Of a stretch of DNA of 64,000 nucleotides, positions 1-8,984 are shown piece by piece; the first letter of the stretch is position 1, and each line of letters opens with the position of its first letter. Below the pieces are notes generated by a model. That model made no database searches. It was not told the DNA's origin and worked only from the letters and a program-made list of their open reading frames with translations. The stretch is from an uncultured archaeon (GTDB lineage: Archaea; Thermoproteota; Nitrososphaeria_A; Caldarchaeales; Wolframiiraptoraceae): positions 1-64,000 of the forward strand of contig CALKCF010000006.1 of assembly GCA_938083505.1 (NCBI GenBank), written 5' to 3'. The position numbers were made by a program, and so were the translations under genes.

Positions 1-173
1 ACATGGCTGCTAAGGAAGTTGGCCCGTTCAAGAACATAGTAGATCCTGTTGAGCATATATTCTACTCGATGAAGGCAGCGGACGAGATTGGCAAGAGGAT
101 TGCATCCCAAGTCCCAAGGGTTCCTTACGAAGCTAAGTGGGCACCATACGACGCCTTTATAAAGAAACACTGA
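1..173 (+). CDS. 3' end of a gene truncated by the window edge; weak resemblance to the glycerol dehydrogenase family C-terminus
   Basis: Open frame ...AAKEVGPFKNIVDPVEHIFYSMKAADEIGKRIASQVPRVPYEAKWAPYDAFIKKH ends at TGA 171-173, followed by a T-tract. Family guess rests only on the AADxxG-like motif. Confidence 0.4.
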   Translation, partial: MAAKEVGPFKNIVDPVEHIFYSMKAADEIGKRIASQVPRVPYEAKWAPYDAFIKKH

Positions 174-269
174 AAGCGTAAATAAAACCTACTATTATTT
201 TTTGTAATCCGGTACATTATTATTCAAAGGTATAAAAGATCCTTAACTATACAAAACTATGCGGCATTC

Positions 270-1730
270 ATGAAGAACATAGGCATAGTGGCAAGTCATG
301 CAACAGAATCTCGCGTAACCATAATACTCAATGAGGGTATGGAAAAGGAAGTGGAGAGTGAGAGCCTAGTTTTAGTGGAGAATAAGAACGGGGGCAAGAT
401 ACTCGCAGTATGTAGGAGCGGTATCGGCATAAACGATGTATTAAGGGCAACAACATATTCTCCCGGTGTTGCTTATGCAAAGACAGGAAGACAACCGAGC
501 ACTGCCAAGGAGTTTTTCGGCTTTAATCTCGTGATAATCGGCGACGTATCTAGGGGAAAAATTGAGCAGAACAAACGCATAATAGCACCAACATCGCCTG
601 TAAAGCTTTTCGAGAAGTATGATGATCCATTCTCTTATTTTGGTTTTCACAAACTAAAAATAGGGCATTATAAAGACGTGATAAACTGGCAAGTGCCCGT
701 ACGTGAAGAATACATACCATTTCACATAGGCGTCTTTGGTGTGACAGGTTCGGGAAAATCCTTCTTCTGTAGATATGAGTTGATTCCGTTGCTCAGGAAT
801 GCTGGTTATGATGTATTGGTTTTTGATTGGAAAGGTTCGGATTATACTCCCTATTTCGAGGGAAGCATATCGATGCGGGACATAGAGATGGACGACGAGG
901 CGATAATATCCTTCCTATGCTCAAAAGCAGGAAACTTCGGTTCTGGTAAAATAGCAGATACTATGAAGGGCTATCTCGAAGAGGCTCTCGCTGACGGCGA
1001 ATGGAGGTCACATTCTCCTGAAGAAGCGAAGAGGTTACTTTACTCCAGAGTTGCAAGAATAATAGAGGATGAGAATAGGGACAAACAGGGCAACGTTACA
1101 CAATGGGGTAGGCTTTATCTACGTCGGCTGGAGAAAGGGTTCAAACGGATTAGTGTAGAAGACTTTGCAACAATCCTTGGTAAGATGGGGCCTGAGCAGA
1201 TACTCGAAAGGTTAAGACAACAACATATTCTTGTTATAGACATGAGCCTCGGCAGCAAAGAGCAGAAGCTTTCGGTCTTCCTTTCGATTACAAGATACCT
1301 TAAGGACCTAATGGAGAAGAAGAACCGATTGAACATTGCACTTCTTATAGACGAGGCGCCGCAGTACTGCCCATATTCACCACGTGACCTAGAGGAGGAA
1401 ACAACTGAGATGATAACCTCATTATGTGCCCTCGGTAGGACCTATGGCCTTTCGATAATTCTTCTATCTCAAGGAATCGCTGGTGAGATAGGAATAAACG
1501 CTGCCGTGAGGAGGAACCTAAACACACAATTCATAGGACGCATACACCCTCTAGACTTAGAGGAGGCGGCAAAGTTGTTTGCGATGTCCGGAGTAGATCC
1601 GGAAAACCTTCTAAGACTTCCGGAGGGGTATTTCTATTTCGTTGGTAAAATGAACCCGTCACCCGTTCCACTGCTTCTGAGCTTCCAGATAAAAGAGGAG
1701 GAAAAAGTTGGGCGCTCAACCAGAGCTTGA
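270..1730 (+). CDS. herA: HerA/FtsK-superfamily ATPase (DNA translocase)
   Basis: N-terminal HAS-barrel-like region, Walker A HIGVFGVTGSGKS, VFDWKG, Walker B LLIDEAP, LSQ motif; adjacent to nurA. Confidence 0.85.
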   Translation: MKNIGIVASHATESRVTIILNEGMEKEVESESLVLVENKNGGKILAVCRSGIGINDVLRATTYSPGVAYAKTGRQPSTAKEFFGFNLVIIGDVSRGKIEQNKRIIAPTSPVKLFEKYDDPFSYFGFHKLKIGHYKDVINWQVPVREEYIPFHIGVFGVTGSGKSFFCRYELIPLLRNAGYDVLVFDWKGSDYTPYFEGSISMRDIEMDDEAIISFLCSKAGNFGSGKIADTMKGYLEEALADGEWRSHSPEEAKRLLYSRVARIIEDENRDKQGNVTQWGRLYLRRLEKGFKRISVEDFATILGKMGPEQILERLRQQHILVIDMSLGSKEQKLSVFLSITRYLKDLMEKKNRLNIALLIDEAPQYCPYSPRDLEEETTEMITSLCALGRTYGLSIILLSQGIAGEIGINAAVRRNLNTQFIGRIHPLDLEEAAKLFAMSGVDPENLLRLPEGYFYFVGKMNPSPVPLLLSFQIKEEEKVGRSTRA

Positions 1731-2928
1731 TGAGTATCCTAATTGGAGCAGGATGCCCAGGGTATTGCAAACTAGGTTTTTCGAGCTGGCTGAGGCGGAG
1801 GCGCAAAAACTAATTCAATCTAACATAATCGACGTAGACTTTATTAAAAAGTTGAGGGACATGCTGAAGATAAGTAGGTTGGATAGCTACGAAGATTGGG
1901 AGGAACTTCTAGTTGCCTGCGTTGACGGTTCCGACACTCCTGCCTGTAACGAGCGCGTAGGCTTAAGATATGCCCTTTTTGCGAGCGCATACAAATTATT
2001 CAAAGGTTTGGACGGGTTTGAGGAGGAGTTTATCAGTGATTATTATAGCGACAGACAGATCATGTCACACGATAAATTTTCCAAGATCGTTGAACTTTTC
2101 ATGACATATTATGAAAGGTTGATAGCCCATCTAGCATTAAAGAAACACTCGCCAGACATACTGCTATTGGACGGTAGTTTCTTTGGTTACAGGACCAGAT
2201 GTAGCGAGATCCTGAACGAGGATATCGATTGGACACCATTCAACAGGAATACTAGGTTTAAGACAGGAAAAGAACTTGTGGATGAAATTACAAGATTAAC
2301 TGTTGAGCTGATAAAATCTGGCAAAGCTTTAGGTGTAATAAAGAGGGTGAACACAGCGGCAATAGACGGTTGGGTTGCCTACAAAAACCCAACCGGCAAG
2401 CCGATATTTTTGAATGACCGTACGCTTCTGAGCATGATTATGGAAACTTGCACACTTTTTTCATACGATGAAGCCTTCGATGTAAACTTCAACATACTGA
2501 ATTGGTATAGGAACGTTTCGAAGGAATTAAAAGGCGAAGATCCGGAAACTATTTTAAAGGAGACGGAGAGAAGGTTTAGGGTTCAAATCAAAGCAGACTT
2601 GGGTGATGAGTCTTATTTGCAATACATCATGGACATGAGACGTTGCTATATTAAGACCATAGACGATTGCCCACCAGTATGTGTCGAGTTTTGGAAAGGA
2701 AGTAATCCTAACTGGATTAAGAAAGCTCTTTGGTATGTCTACGCATCAAAAGATACCGCAACGGGCCTACCGTTTCCGCTCGATATTGTTGATAATCTCG
2801 TAAGCCTGCCCAAGGGTGTTGCAAGAGAATTCGCCGAAGAGATTGAAGCACGGCTTCTCAGAGCGGGCATGGAACAAAACGTGCTTCTTACATTGTTTAG
2901 TAGATTTAATCCTCAGAAGGAGGAGTAA
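1708..2928 (+). CDS. nurA: NurA-family nuclease
   Basis: ACVDGS and LLLDGS acidic motifs, GVIKR, C-terminal GLPFPL; overlaps the herA stop. Confidence 0.8.
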   Translation: MGAQPELDEYPNWSRMPRVLQTRFFELAEAEAQKLIQSNIIDVDFIKKLRDMLKISRLDSYEDWEELLVACVDGSDTPACNERVGLRYALFASAYKLFKGLDGFEEEFISDYYSDRQIMSHDKFSKIVELFMTYYERLIAHLALKKHSPDILLLDGSFFGYRTRCSEILNEDIDWTPFNRNTRFKTGKELVDEITRLTVELIKSGKALGVIKRVNTAAIDGWVAYKNPTGKPIFLNDRTLLSMIMETCTLFSYDEAFDVNFNILNWYRNVSKELKGEDPETILKETERRFRVQIKADLGDESYLQYIMDMRRCYIKTIDDCPPVCVEFWKGSNPNWIKKALWYVYASKDTATGLPFPLDIVDNLVSLPKGVAREFAEEIEARLLRAGMEQNVLLTLFSRFNPQKEE

Positions 2929-2933
2929 TTATA

Positions 2934-3656
2934 ATGCGACGTTCAGAACTTTCCCTGAACCATTTACTTAACATTTACCAGAGCAGGCTGATGGAACTTT
3001 TGCCGCATTTTGACTGGTATCCGTACGATGCTCATTCACCTAAATGGTGGGGAGGTTTAGAAAGCCCAGAAGAGGTTGCTATAACTTCGGTACTCGTACA
3101 GCAAACAAGATGGGAAAGTGTGAAGAAAGCATACAAAAAATTAAAAGCGTTGCATCTAAATAGCTTCTCTGCCATTAAAGAGTCCGACCTGAGCGTCATA
3201 AAAAATTGCATAAAGCCTGTCAGTATGTATGCTGAGAAATCTAAAAAGCTGAAAGATCTGGCATCCATCGTTCTCAGAGCTGGTGATTGGGAGCCTTTTA
3301 TAAGTAGGGACACAAAAGAGGTTAGGGCAGAACTTTTAAGAGTGAACGGCATAGGATACGAAACGGCAGATTCTATTCTATTATTTGCGGGCAACCATCT
3401 AATATTTCCAGCTTCAAGGCTAGTTGCTAGGGTCCTGGAACGTTTAGGCTTTAGAGTTCCTAAGGGTTACGAAGTCCTCAGAAAGTTTATCGAATCAGAG
3501 CTACCAAGAGACCTCTTTAGCTACAAGCTTTTTTACGCATCTTCGCTTGTCACGACAAAGGTTACGTGTCGTTCCTCAAACCCTGACTGTTTGAGATGTC
3601 CCATTAACAGTATTTGTTGCACGTCAGCATACAAACAGGCATCAAGCATTCTTTAA
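2934..3656 (+). CDS. HhH-GPD / endonuclease III-related protein with C-terminal 4Fe-4S motif
   Basis: VLVQQTRW, HhH LLRVNGIGYETADSILLF, CRSSNPDCLRCPINSIC (Cx6Cx2Cx5C). Confidence 0.8.
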   Translation: MRRSELSLNHLLNIYQSRLMELLPHFDWYPYDAHSPKWWGGLESPEEVAITSVLVQQTRWESVKKAYKKLKALHLNSFSAIKESDLSVIKNCIKPVSMYAEKSKKLKDLASIVLRAGDWEPFISRDTKEVRAELLRVNGIGYETADSILLFAGNHLIFPASRLVARVLERLGFRVPKGYEVLRKFIESELPRDLFSYKLFYASSLVTTKVTCRSSNPDCLRCPINSICCTSAYKQASSIL

Positions 3657-4325
3657 CATTATTAAGTTTTTCGGACTTTCTCTCAAAATTATATAACCTG
3701 CTAAGTCAAAGAACCTATCCGCTCTATATATAACAACCGAGTCGCTCGTTATGACTATGCATCTATCTTTAAGAAGTGTTGAATCCACACTTTTCTCCGT
3801 CTTTACCAAACCATCCACTCCCTCCTCTTGTAAGATGCGTCTTGTTAAGGCCGATATTTCGCCACTCTTACTTATCTGGGTTTCATAGTAGAAGGAGGCG
3901 TACGTAACCCCGAGCTCCTTTAGGGTCTTGATGCCCAACCTTATCAGTTGCTCGGTCATACCTGTGGGCCTGAATTCTCCGTGAACTTCCGAAACGTCCC
4001 TTACGATACCATCGTCACAAAGCACCAATATCTTACCACTCATGAATGAATGTAAAGTGTTCAATACGTTGAAACCATCCACAACGACCTTGCTACCTTT
4101 TAACTCGTCTGGACTTACGGCTTTTTCCTTTACCCTCTTAGCGTCCTCTGAAGAGTACACACATCGATACAGTATGCTCCTACATATCTTATCGAGAACA
4201 TACCTGCTCGCTACGAAGTTGACGGCGGATTCTCTTTTGTAGCCCCTATCCAGCAGGTATCTCATATCTTCAATTGCCATAATCAATCTATCCCAAAAAC
4301 TTTTTATCCACTGAACATCATTCAT
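3642..4325 (-). CDS. DUF434-family protein (PIN-like)
   Basis: DMRYLLDRGY, VDGFNVL, CDDGIVRD, ITSDS motifs. Confidence 0.7.
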   Translation of the reverse strand: MNDVQWIKSFWDRLIMAIEDMRYLLDRGYKRESAVNFVASRYVLDKICRSILYRCVYSSEDAKRVKEKAVSPDELKGSKVVVDGFNVLNTLHSFMSGKILVLCDDGIVRDVSEVHGEFRPTGMTEQLIRLGIKTLKELGVTYASFYYETQISKSGEISALTRRILQEEGVDGLVKTEKSVDSTLLKDRCIVITSDSVVIYRADRFFDLAGYIILRESPKNLIMLKNA

Positions 4326-4334
4326 GAAGTTCGC

Positions 4335-7238
4335 CTATTTATCTTTGGGGTACATCTCGATAAAGATTCCAGGCCTTAGCGGTAATGCCTGATTAGATTT
4401 TCCTAAAGGATCATATATTCCTTGTTCACCTTCAGTCCAGATGTAAATTAGGCATCCGATCTCAGATTCTAAAAAACTTTTAGCCTCTTTGTATACCAAC
4501 TTCTCCCGCGACGCCAATTCAAGTAAAACCTTTTTTGAAATTTCTGACGAGAACGTTGAGATATGTTCAACGATTTTCCTAACGAAGATTGGTATTTCTT
4601 TTTTCTTTTCCGGAAAGCTCTTCAAAGATTCCTTGATCACTATACTTGGGTCCCTCATTATCTCCTTTAGATCAAAATTTAGCATAATGGATAGCACGCC
4701 CAACTTCCACTCGGAAGAGGTATAGATGTGAACCTTGCTTGGCTTTCCTTCCGTAACCTCTATTATCTCTCTAATATCCCTTAACAACTTTGCTAACAAA
4801 TCCTCTGCCGCCTCAGCAAGCTCGTCGACCTCTTCGGGGCAGTAATCGGGCCACTTAGCTAAGGATACGAAACCTTTACGCCCAAGCTTTGACCAAGCTT
4901 CCTCGGCCGTGAACGGTGCAAAAGATGCCAACAACCTTATCCATGTATCCAGGAATCTTATTACTGAACACGATGGCCTCTTCCTTCTTCTCGTATACCA
5001 CTTCCAATCGTTGTACATACCGTATAAAGCTTCATGGCAGGCTGTCCTAGTCTTTAGCGATTCCATAGCTTCGGTTACATTCTTCACCCTCCTAAACATT
5101 CTGCTGATAAGCCACCTATCAAGCCCATTCTCGTTTGTTTCCAGCTCTGAAGATAAAACTTCATCAACTATTTTGAGGAAAAGGTCTAACATCCTTCTGA
5201 CCTCTTGGGCGTTCTTGTCCCTCCAATCAGGATCATCCATATCCTCCGCAGCAAGAAGTAGTGTACATCGGGTTGCGTCGGCCCCATACTTTGCTAAAGC
5301 CGCCTTTATCGGTATCACGTTGCCCTTACTCTTGCTCATCTTTTCGCCCTCAATCGTTATCATACCGTTAACACCGATGCACCTAGGCCAGAAGCTTTCG
5401 TCAAAAAGCGCAACGTGATGGAAAATGTAAAACGTCAGATGGTTAGGTACAAGTTCTTTAGCCGATATTCTACAGTCAATAGGATACCAGTAAAGGAATT
5501 CATCCCTCATGCTTTCTAGTATGCTTTCCGAAACGTTAGTTTTTTCTGAGATAGTTTTAGGGTCTCCGACCCCTAGGAAAACGTAATCAAGAACCTCTGG
5601 TGTAAGTTGTTCAGGTTTAACGACCCCGTTGTTCATGTACTTGCTTATCGTGTACAATGCAGGATATATTGTCGAGTCACTTAATGTTTCAACAATCCAC
5701 GAGTTATCCCACGGTAATGGTGTCCCTAATCCAGTCTTCCTTGTACAAGCCCAATCGCGAAGCCAGTCTACGACGTTCAGGAACCATTGTCTAGCCTCCT
5801 CAGGGAATATGCCCATCCCCATTATGTGTAGCTTTACCTTCTCCTTCCATTCTGGGTTAGAGTACGTGATGAACCATTGGTCCTTTACAATCTTCACCAG
5901 ACACTCAGTACCGCAGCGACAAACGACTTTTGCGGGAAGGTCGTACATTATATCACCCAAACCCATTGAAATGAGTCTTGCTTTAAGCACATCTCTCGCC
6001 ACACTTACGGGTAGGCCTGAGTATTCACCACAATTATTTTTCATCACACCTTCGTGAAACTCTTTGGAGTAAATCTCCTTGGTCGCCACCTCCAACCTTT
6101 CATCGTTCTGGCTCGATATTCCCATCCTTTCTACTATATCGATTGCAGGAAAGTCACCATATCCTGGAACACTTATAATCGATATTGGATTTAGCGTTTT
6201 AAGAAGCTCAACATCGGTGCTCGCGTTTCTCTGCAACTCCAAGAGCGCTACATAATCGTAAGGTGCGTGAGCTGGAACACTATATACAACGCCAGATACG
6301 ACGTTTGGATCGACAAAACTTGCAGGGAGTATGGGCAAGTCTGTGCCGGTAATTGGAGCTTTACATTTTTTGCCTATGAGTTCTCTGGCGTTAATCGATT
6401 TTATGATATTAAGCATAGGTTTTTGTTCAGCCAACTTTTCTGCCGCTTTCTTACTTACTAAAACTTTCTTACTATTGTATTCAATTAACACATACTCCGT
6501 GTTTGGATTAATCCAAACGTTTGTAGCACCGAATATCGTTTCGGGTCTTAGCGTACCGGCTGCTAGATAAAACTCAGCACACTCAAAGAAGACAAGCGTA
6601 TATTCTTCGGGGACTATTCCTTCACCAACTAACCTATCGTGGTCGCCTGTTGCACTTTGACAATTAGGACACCACACTACAGGATGCTCGCCTTTACTGA
6701 TGAGGCCTTTTTCGTAAAGCTTTAGGTACTGCCAATGGATGAATTTACTGTAGTAAGGATGCAAATCTGTCGTGTAAAACTCCCTTCTCCAGTCAACAGA
6801 AAAACCTATAGAATTGACGACTTTTCTATTCTCGGCTGTGTAGTACTTGCAGATGAATGCAGGATCCATAAAGTGTTGTATTAACTCTTCTGGGACCTTA
6901 TCTACGTCTCTCAGTAGCCTTAATATGGCTGGGTCACCGCGTTTTAGTCGTTCACTCGTACCGGCGACTGCTTCCCCTGTCCAGTGCCAAGACCAAGGGA
7001 AAAGCACGTTGAAACCTTGCATTCGTTTAAACCTTGCATAACTATCGCCCCTTGTGAAAGTGAAAGCATGTCCAAGGTGCAATGGGCCATTTTGGTAAGA
7101 GTAAGGCACACATATGAAAAACTTTGGTTTGTCCTTAATCGGGTCAGCTTCGAATACCTTAGCCTCTTGCCATAACCTAGCCCATTTTACCTCATACACT
7201 ATTGGAGTGTCCATGAATTCGTTACTAGGTTTTGACAA
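4335..7238 (-). CDS. leuS: Leucine--tRNA ligase (archaeal type)
   Basis: HLGH and KMSKS class I motifs, TLRPET editing-domain motif, 967 aa. Confidence 0.95.
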   Translation of the reverse strand: MSKPSNEFMDTPIVYEVKWARLWQEAKVFEADPIKDKPKFFICVPYSYQNGPLHLGHAFTFTRGDSYARFKRMQGFNVLFPWSWHWTGEAVAGTSERLKRGDPAILRLLRDVDKVPEELIQHFMDPAFICKYYTAENRKVVNSIGFSVDWRREFYTTDLHPYYSKFIHWQYLKLYEKGLISKGEHPVVWCPNCQSATGDHDRLVGEGIVPEEYTLVFFECAEFYLAAGTLRPETIFGATNVWINPNTEYVLIEYNSKKVLVSKKAAEKLAEQKPMLNIIKSINARELIGKKCKAPITGTDLPILPASFVDPNVVSGVVYSVPAHAPYDYVALLELQRNASTDVELLKTLNPISIISVPGYGDFPAIDIVERMGISSQNDERLEVATKEIYSKEFHEGVMKNNCGEYSGLPVSVARDVLKARLISMGLGDIMYDLPAKVVCRCGTECLVKIVKDQWFITYSNPEWKEKVKLHIMGMGIFPEEARQWFLNVVDWLRDWACTRKTGLGTPLPWDNSWIVETLSDSTIYPALYTISKYMNNGVVKPEQLTPEVLDYVFLGVGDPKTISEKTNVSESILESMRDEFLYWYPIDCRISAKELVPNHLTFYIFHHVALFDESFWPRCIGVNGMITIEGEKMSKSKGNVIPIKAALAKYGADATRCTLLLAAEDMDDPDWRDKNAQEVRRMLDLFLKIVDEVLSSELETNENGLDRWLISRMFRRVKNVTEAMESLKTRTACHEALYGMYNDWKWYTRRRKRPSCSVIRFLDTWIRLLASFAPFTAEEAWSKLGRKGFVSLAKWPDYCPEEVDELAEAAEDLLAKLLRDIREIIEVTEGKPSKVHIYTSSEWKLGVLSIMLNFDLKEIMRDPSIVIKESLKSFPEKKKEIPIFVRKIVEHISTFSSEISKKVLLELASREKLVYKEAKSFLESEIGCLIYIWTEGEQGIYDPLGKSNQALPLRPGIFIEMYPKDK

Positions 7239-7402
7239 CTTTCATCAATCCTCTCTGAATAATTTTCCTGCAAGACCATTCATTTATGATATTTTAACTT
7301 TTTATACTCGATGAAACGGTAAGGCTTCATCGACTAAATATCTTGGACGTTGTAAAAAAAGTTAAAGTCTGGCTAGTTTATGTGGTTCATAAGAGTCCAT
7401 TC

Positions 7403-7491
7403 GGGCCCGTAGCCTAGAATGGACAGGGCGTCGAGTAAAGCGCGCAGGCCTGCGGAGCCGGAGGTCGCGGGTTCAAGTCCCGCCGGGCCCA
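7403..7491 (+). tRNA. tRNA-Arg(GCG) with a 14-nt intron at position 29/30 (7434-7447); CCA not encoded
   Basis: Acceptor stem GGGCCCG/CGGGCCC, T-loop GTTCAAG, anticodon loop CTGCGGA (GCG at 7452-7454). Removing AGTAAAGCGCGCAG restores the TCGGC/GCCGG anticodon stem, and the intron forms a bulge-helix-bulge. Confidence 0.92.
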
Positions 7492-7542
7492 TTAATTAAT
7501 ATAATGAAAGCAAAAATGCCAGGGCTGGTGTCGTACAGTTAA

Positions 7543-8094
7543 ATGGACATACTAACCGTGTTCCTGGTAGCTGTTGGTTTAGCCATGGACTGCTTTTCCG
7601 TTTCAATCGCAAGCGGAATGACGGAGGATATGCGTATAAGTGCTGCTTTTAAAGTAGGCATATCTTTTGGTTCATTCCAGATGTTTATGCCTTTTCTGGG
7701 ATGGCTTTTAGGTAAAAGTTTGATAGATATTGTATCAGCCTTTGACCATTGGCTGGCCTTCGGTCTACTCAGCTTCGTTGGCTGCAAGATGATCTACGAA
7801 TTTTTTCAAAAAGAGCACGAAGGTATGACCCTAAAATTTCGGAGTCTACTTATGCTTTCAATAGCTACGAGTATTGATGCGTTCTCCGTTGGAATAGTTA
7901 TTGGATTTCTAACAACTTCAATTATGATATCCATATTTATATTCGGTTTTGTTACGTTCGTTTTTTCGTTTGTAGGCATACTCATTGGAGATAAGCTCAA
8001 ACATATTTTCGGTAGAAGAGCACAAATTATAGGAGGAATTATCCTTATACTTATCGGAACAGAGATATTATTAGAGCATGTAGTCTTTGCTTAA
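7543..8094 (+). CDS. mntP: Manganese efflux pump MntP family
   Basis: AVGLAMDCFSV and IATSIDAFSVG repeats, DHWLAF, multiple TM segments. Confidence 0.9.
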   Translation: MDILTVFLVAVGLAMDCFSVSIASGMTEDMRISAAFKVGISFGSFQMFMPFLGWLLGKSLIDIVSAFDHWLAFGLLSFVGCKMIYEFFQKEHEGMTLKFRSLLMLSIATSIDAFSVGIVIGFLTTSIMISIFIFGFVTFVFSFVGILIGDKLKHIFGRRAQIIGGIILILIGTEILLEHVVFA

Positions 8095-8112
8095 CTTACT
8101 AAAATAAGGAAA

Positions 8113-8430
8113 TTACGTAGAACTCGTTCTGAGTCTTCTTTCAACTTCATCAGCAACGATTTCTGCTATTATCTTAAAGAATGTAGCTGTTATTCCAAGA
8201 ATAACAACAACGTAACTTACTATGGTAAATACAATAAATGCTAATGGATTAGCTATAGTAGGCACGGGTATAGATGGGATGCCTGGTATAGGAGGGGTGT
8301 CAACACTCTGCAGGCTAAAACCTCCAATGAGGAATCCGATAGCAAAAATAATGCTACCTATTATCCCCCACATTATCAGAAAAGCAACATACACCACTGC
8401 CTTCTTAAGGGCCACACCCCATGAGACCAT
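8113..8430 (-). CDS. Small membrane protein with two TM helices and a Pro-rich linker
   Basis: Two hydrophobic stretches flanking TPPIPGIPSIPVP; fills the gap between neighbours. Confidence 0.65.
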   Translation of the reverse strand: MVSWGVALKKAVVYVAFLIMWGIIGSIIFAIGFLIGGFSLQSVDTPPIPGIPSIPVPTIANPLAFIVFTIVSYVVVILGITATFFKIIAEIVADEVERRLRTSST

Positions 8431-8527
8431 GTATTTAAAATATAACTACTAAATTATATTTCTTTAGGGGGTTAACTTGTAAAATATACTTGCGATAGAT
8501 GCTGGATCTATATCTTTAGCAAGCGCA

Positions 8528-8917
8528 TTATCTCTTGCTTAGGTAAGTTTCAATACCTTTCCTTATAGCTACGAGCGGCAACATAGCGCACTTCATTCTC
8601 ACCGGGTCAAGTTCGAGACCCAACATTTTCGTTATGTCATTTTTTGTAATTTTCAACACCTCATCCACTTCTTTGCCCTTTATAAGCTCTGTCAGCATCG
8701 ATGCCGAGGCCTGACTCATCATACATCCCTGACCTTTAAAGGATATATCAGAAATCCTTTTTCCTTCAAATTTTAGATAAATCTCCACATAATCGCCGCA
8801 TAGCCTGTTGGAATCTTTCACGATGACGTTTGCACCCTCTATCTCCCCGTAGTTTCTTGGTCTTCTATAATGCTCAATTATATGTTTCGGGAAATCCTCT
8901 GGCAAGTGTATTCCCAA
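8528..8917 (-). CDS. sufU: SufU/IscU-family Fe-S scaffold or sulfur-transfer protein
   Basis: HYRRPRNYG, LCGD, GQGCMMSQAS, RMKCAML (three conserved Cys). Confidence 0.9.
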   Translation of the reverse strand: MGIHLPEDFPKHIIEHYRRPRNYGEIEGANVIVKDSNRLCGDYVEIYLKFEGKRISDISFKGQGCMMSQASASMLTELIKGKEVDEVLKITKNDITKMLGLELDPVRMKCAMLPLVAIRKGIETYLSKR

Positions 8918-8984
8918 AAATTAATGTAGCCACGTATTTTATAAACATCTTCATGCTTGAAAACTTAAAAGTGTAAAAAAGAAG

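Noticed and set aside
7491-8430. Integrated element at the tRNA-Arg 3' end
   Set aside because: No integrase and no duplicated tRNA 3' end was seen; flanking genes are ordinary.
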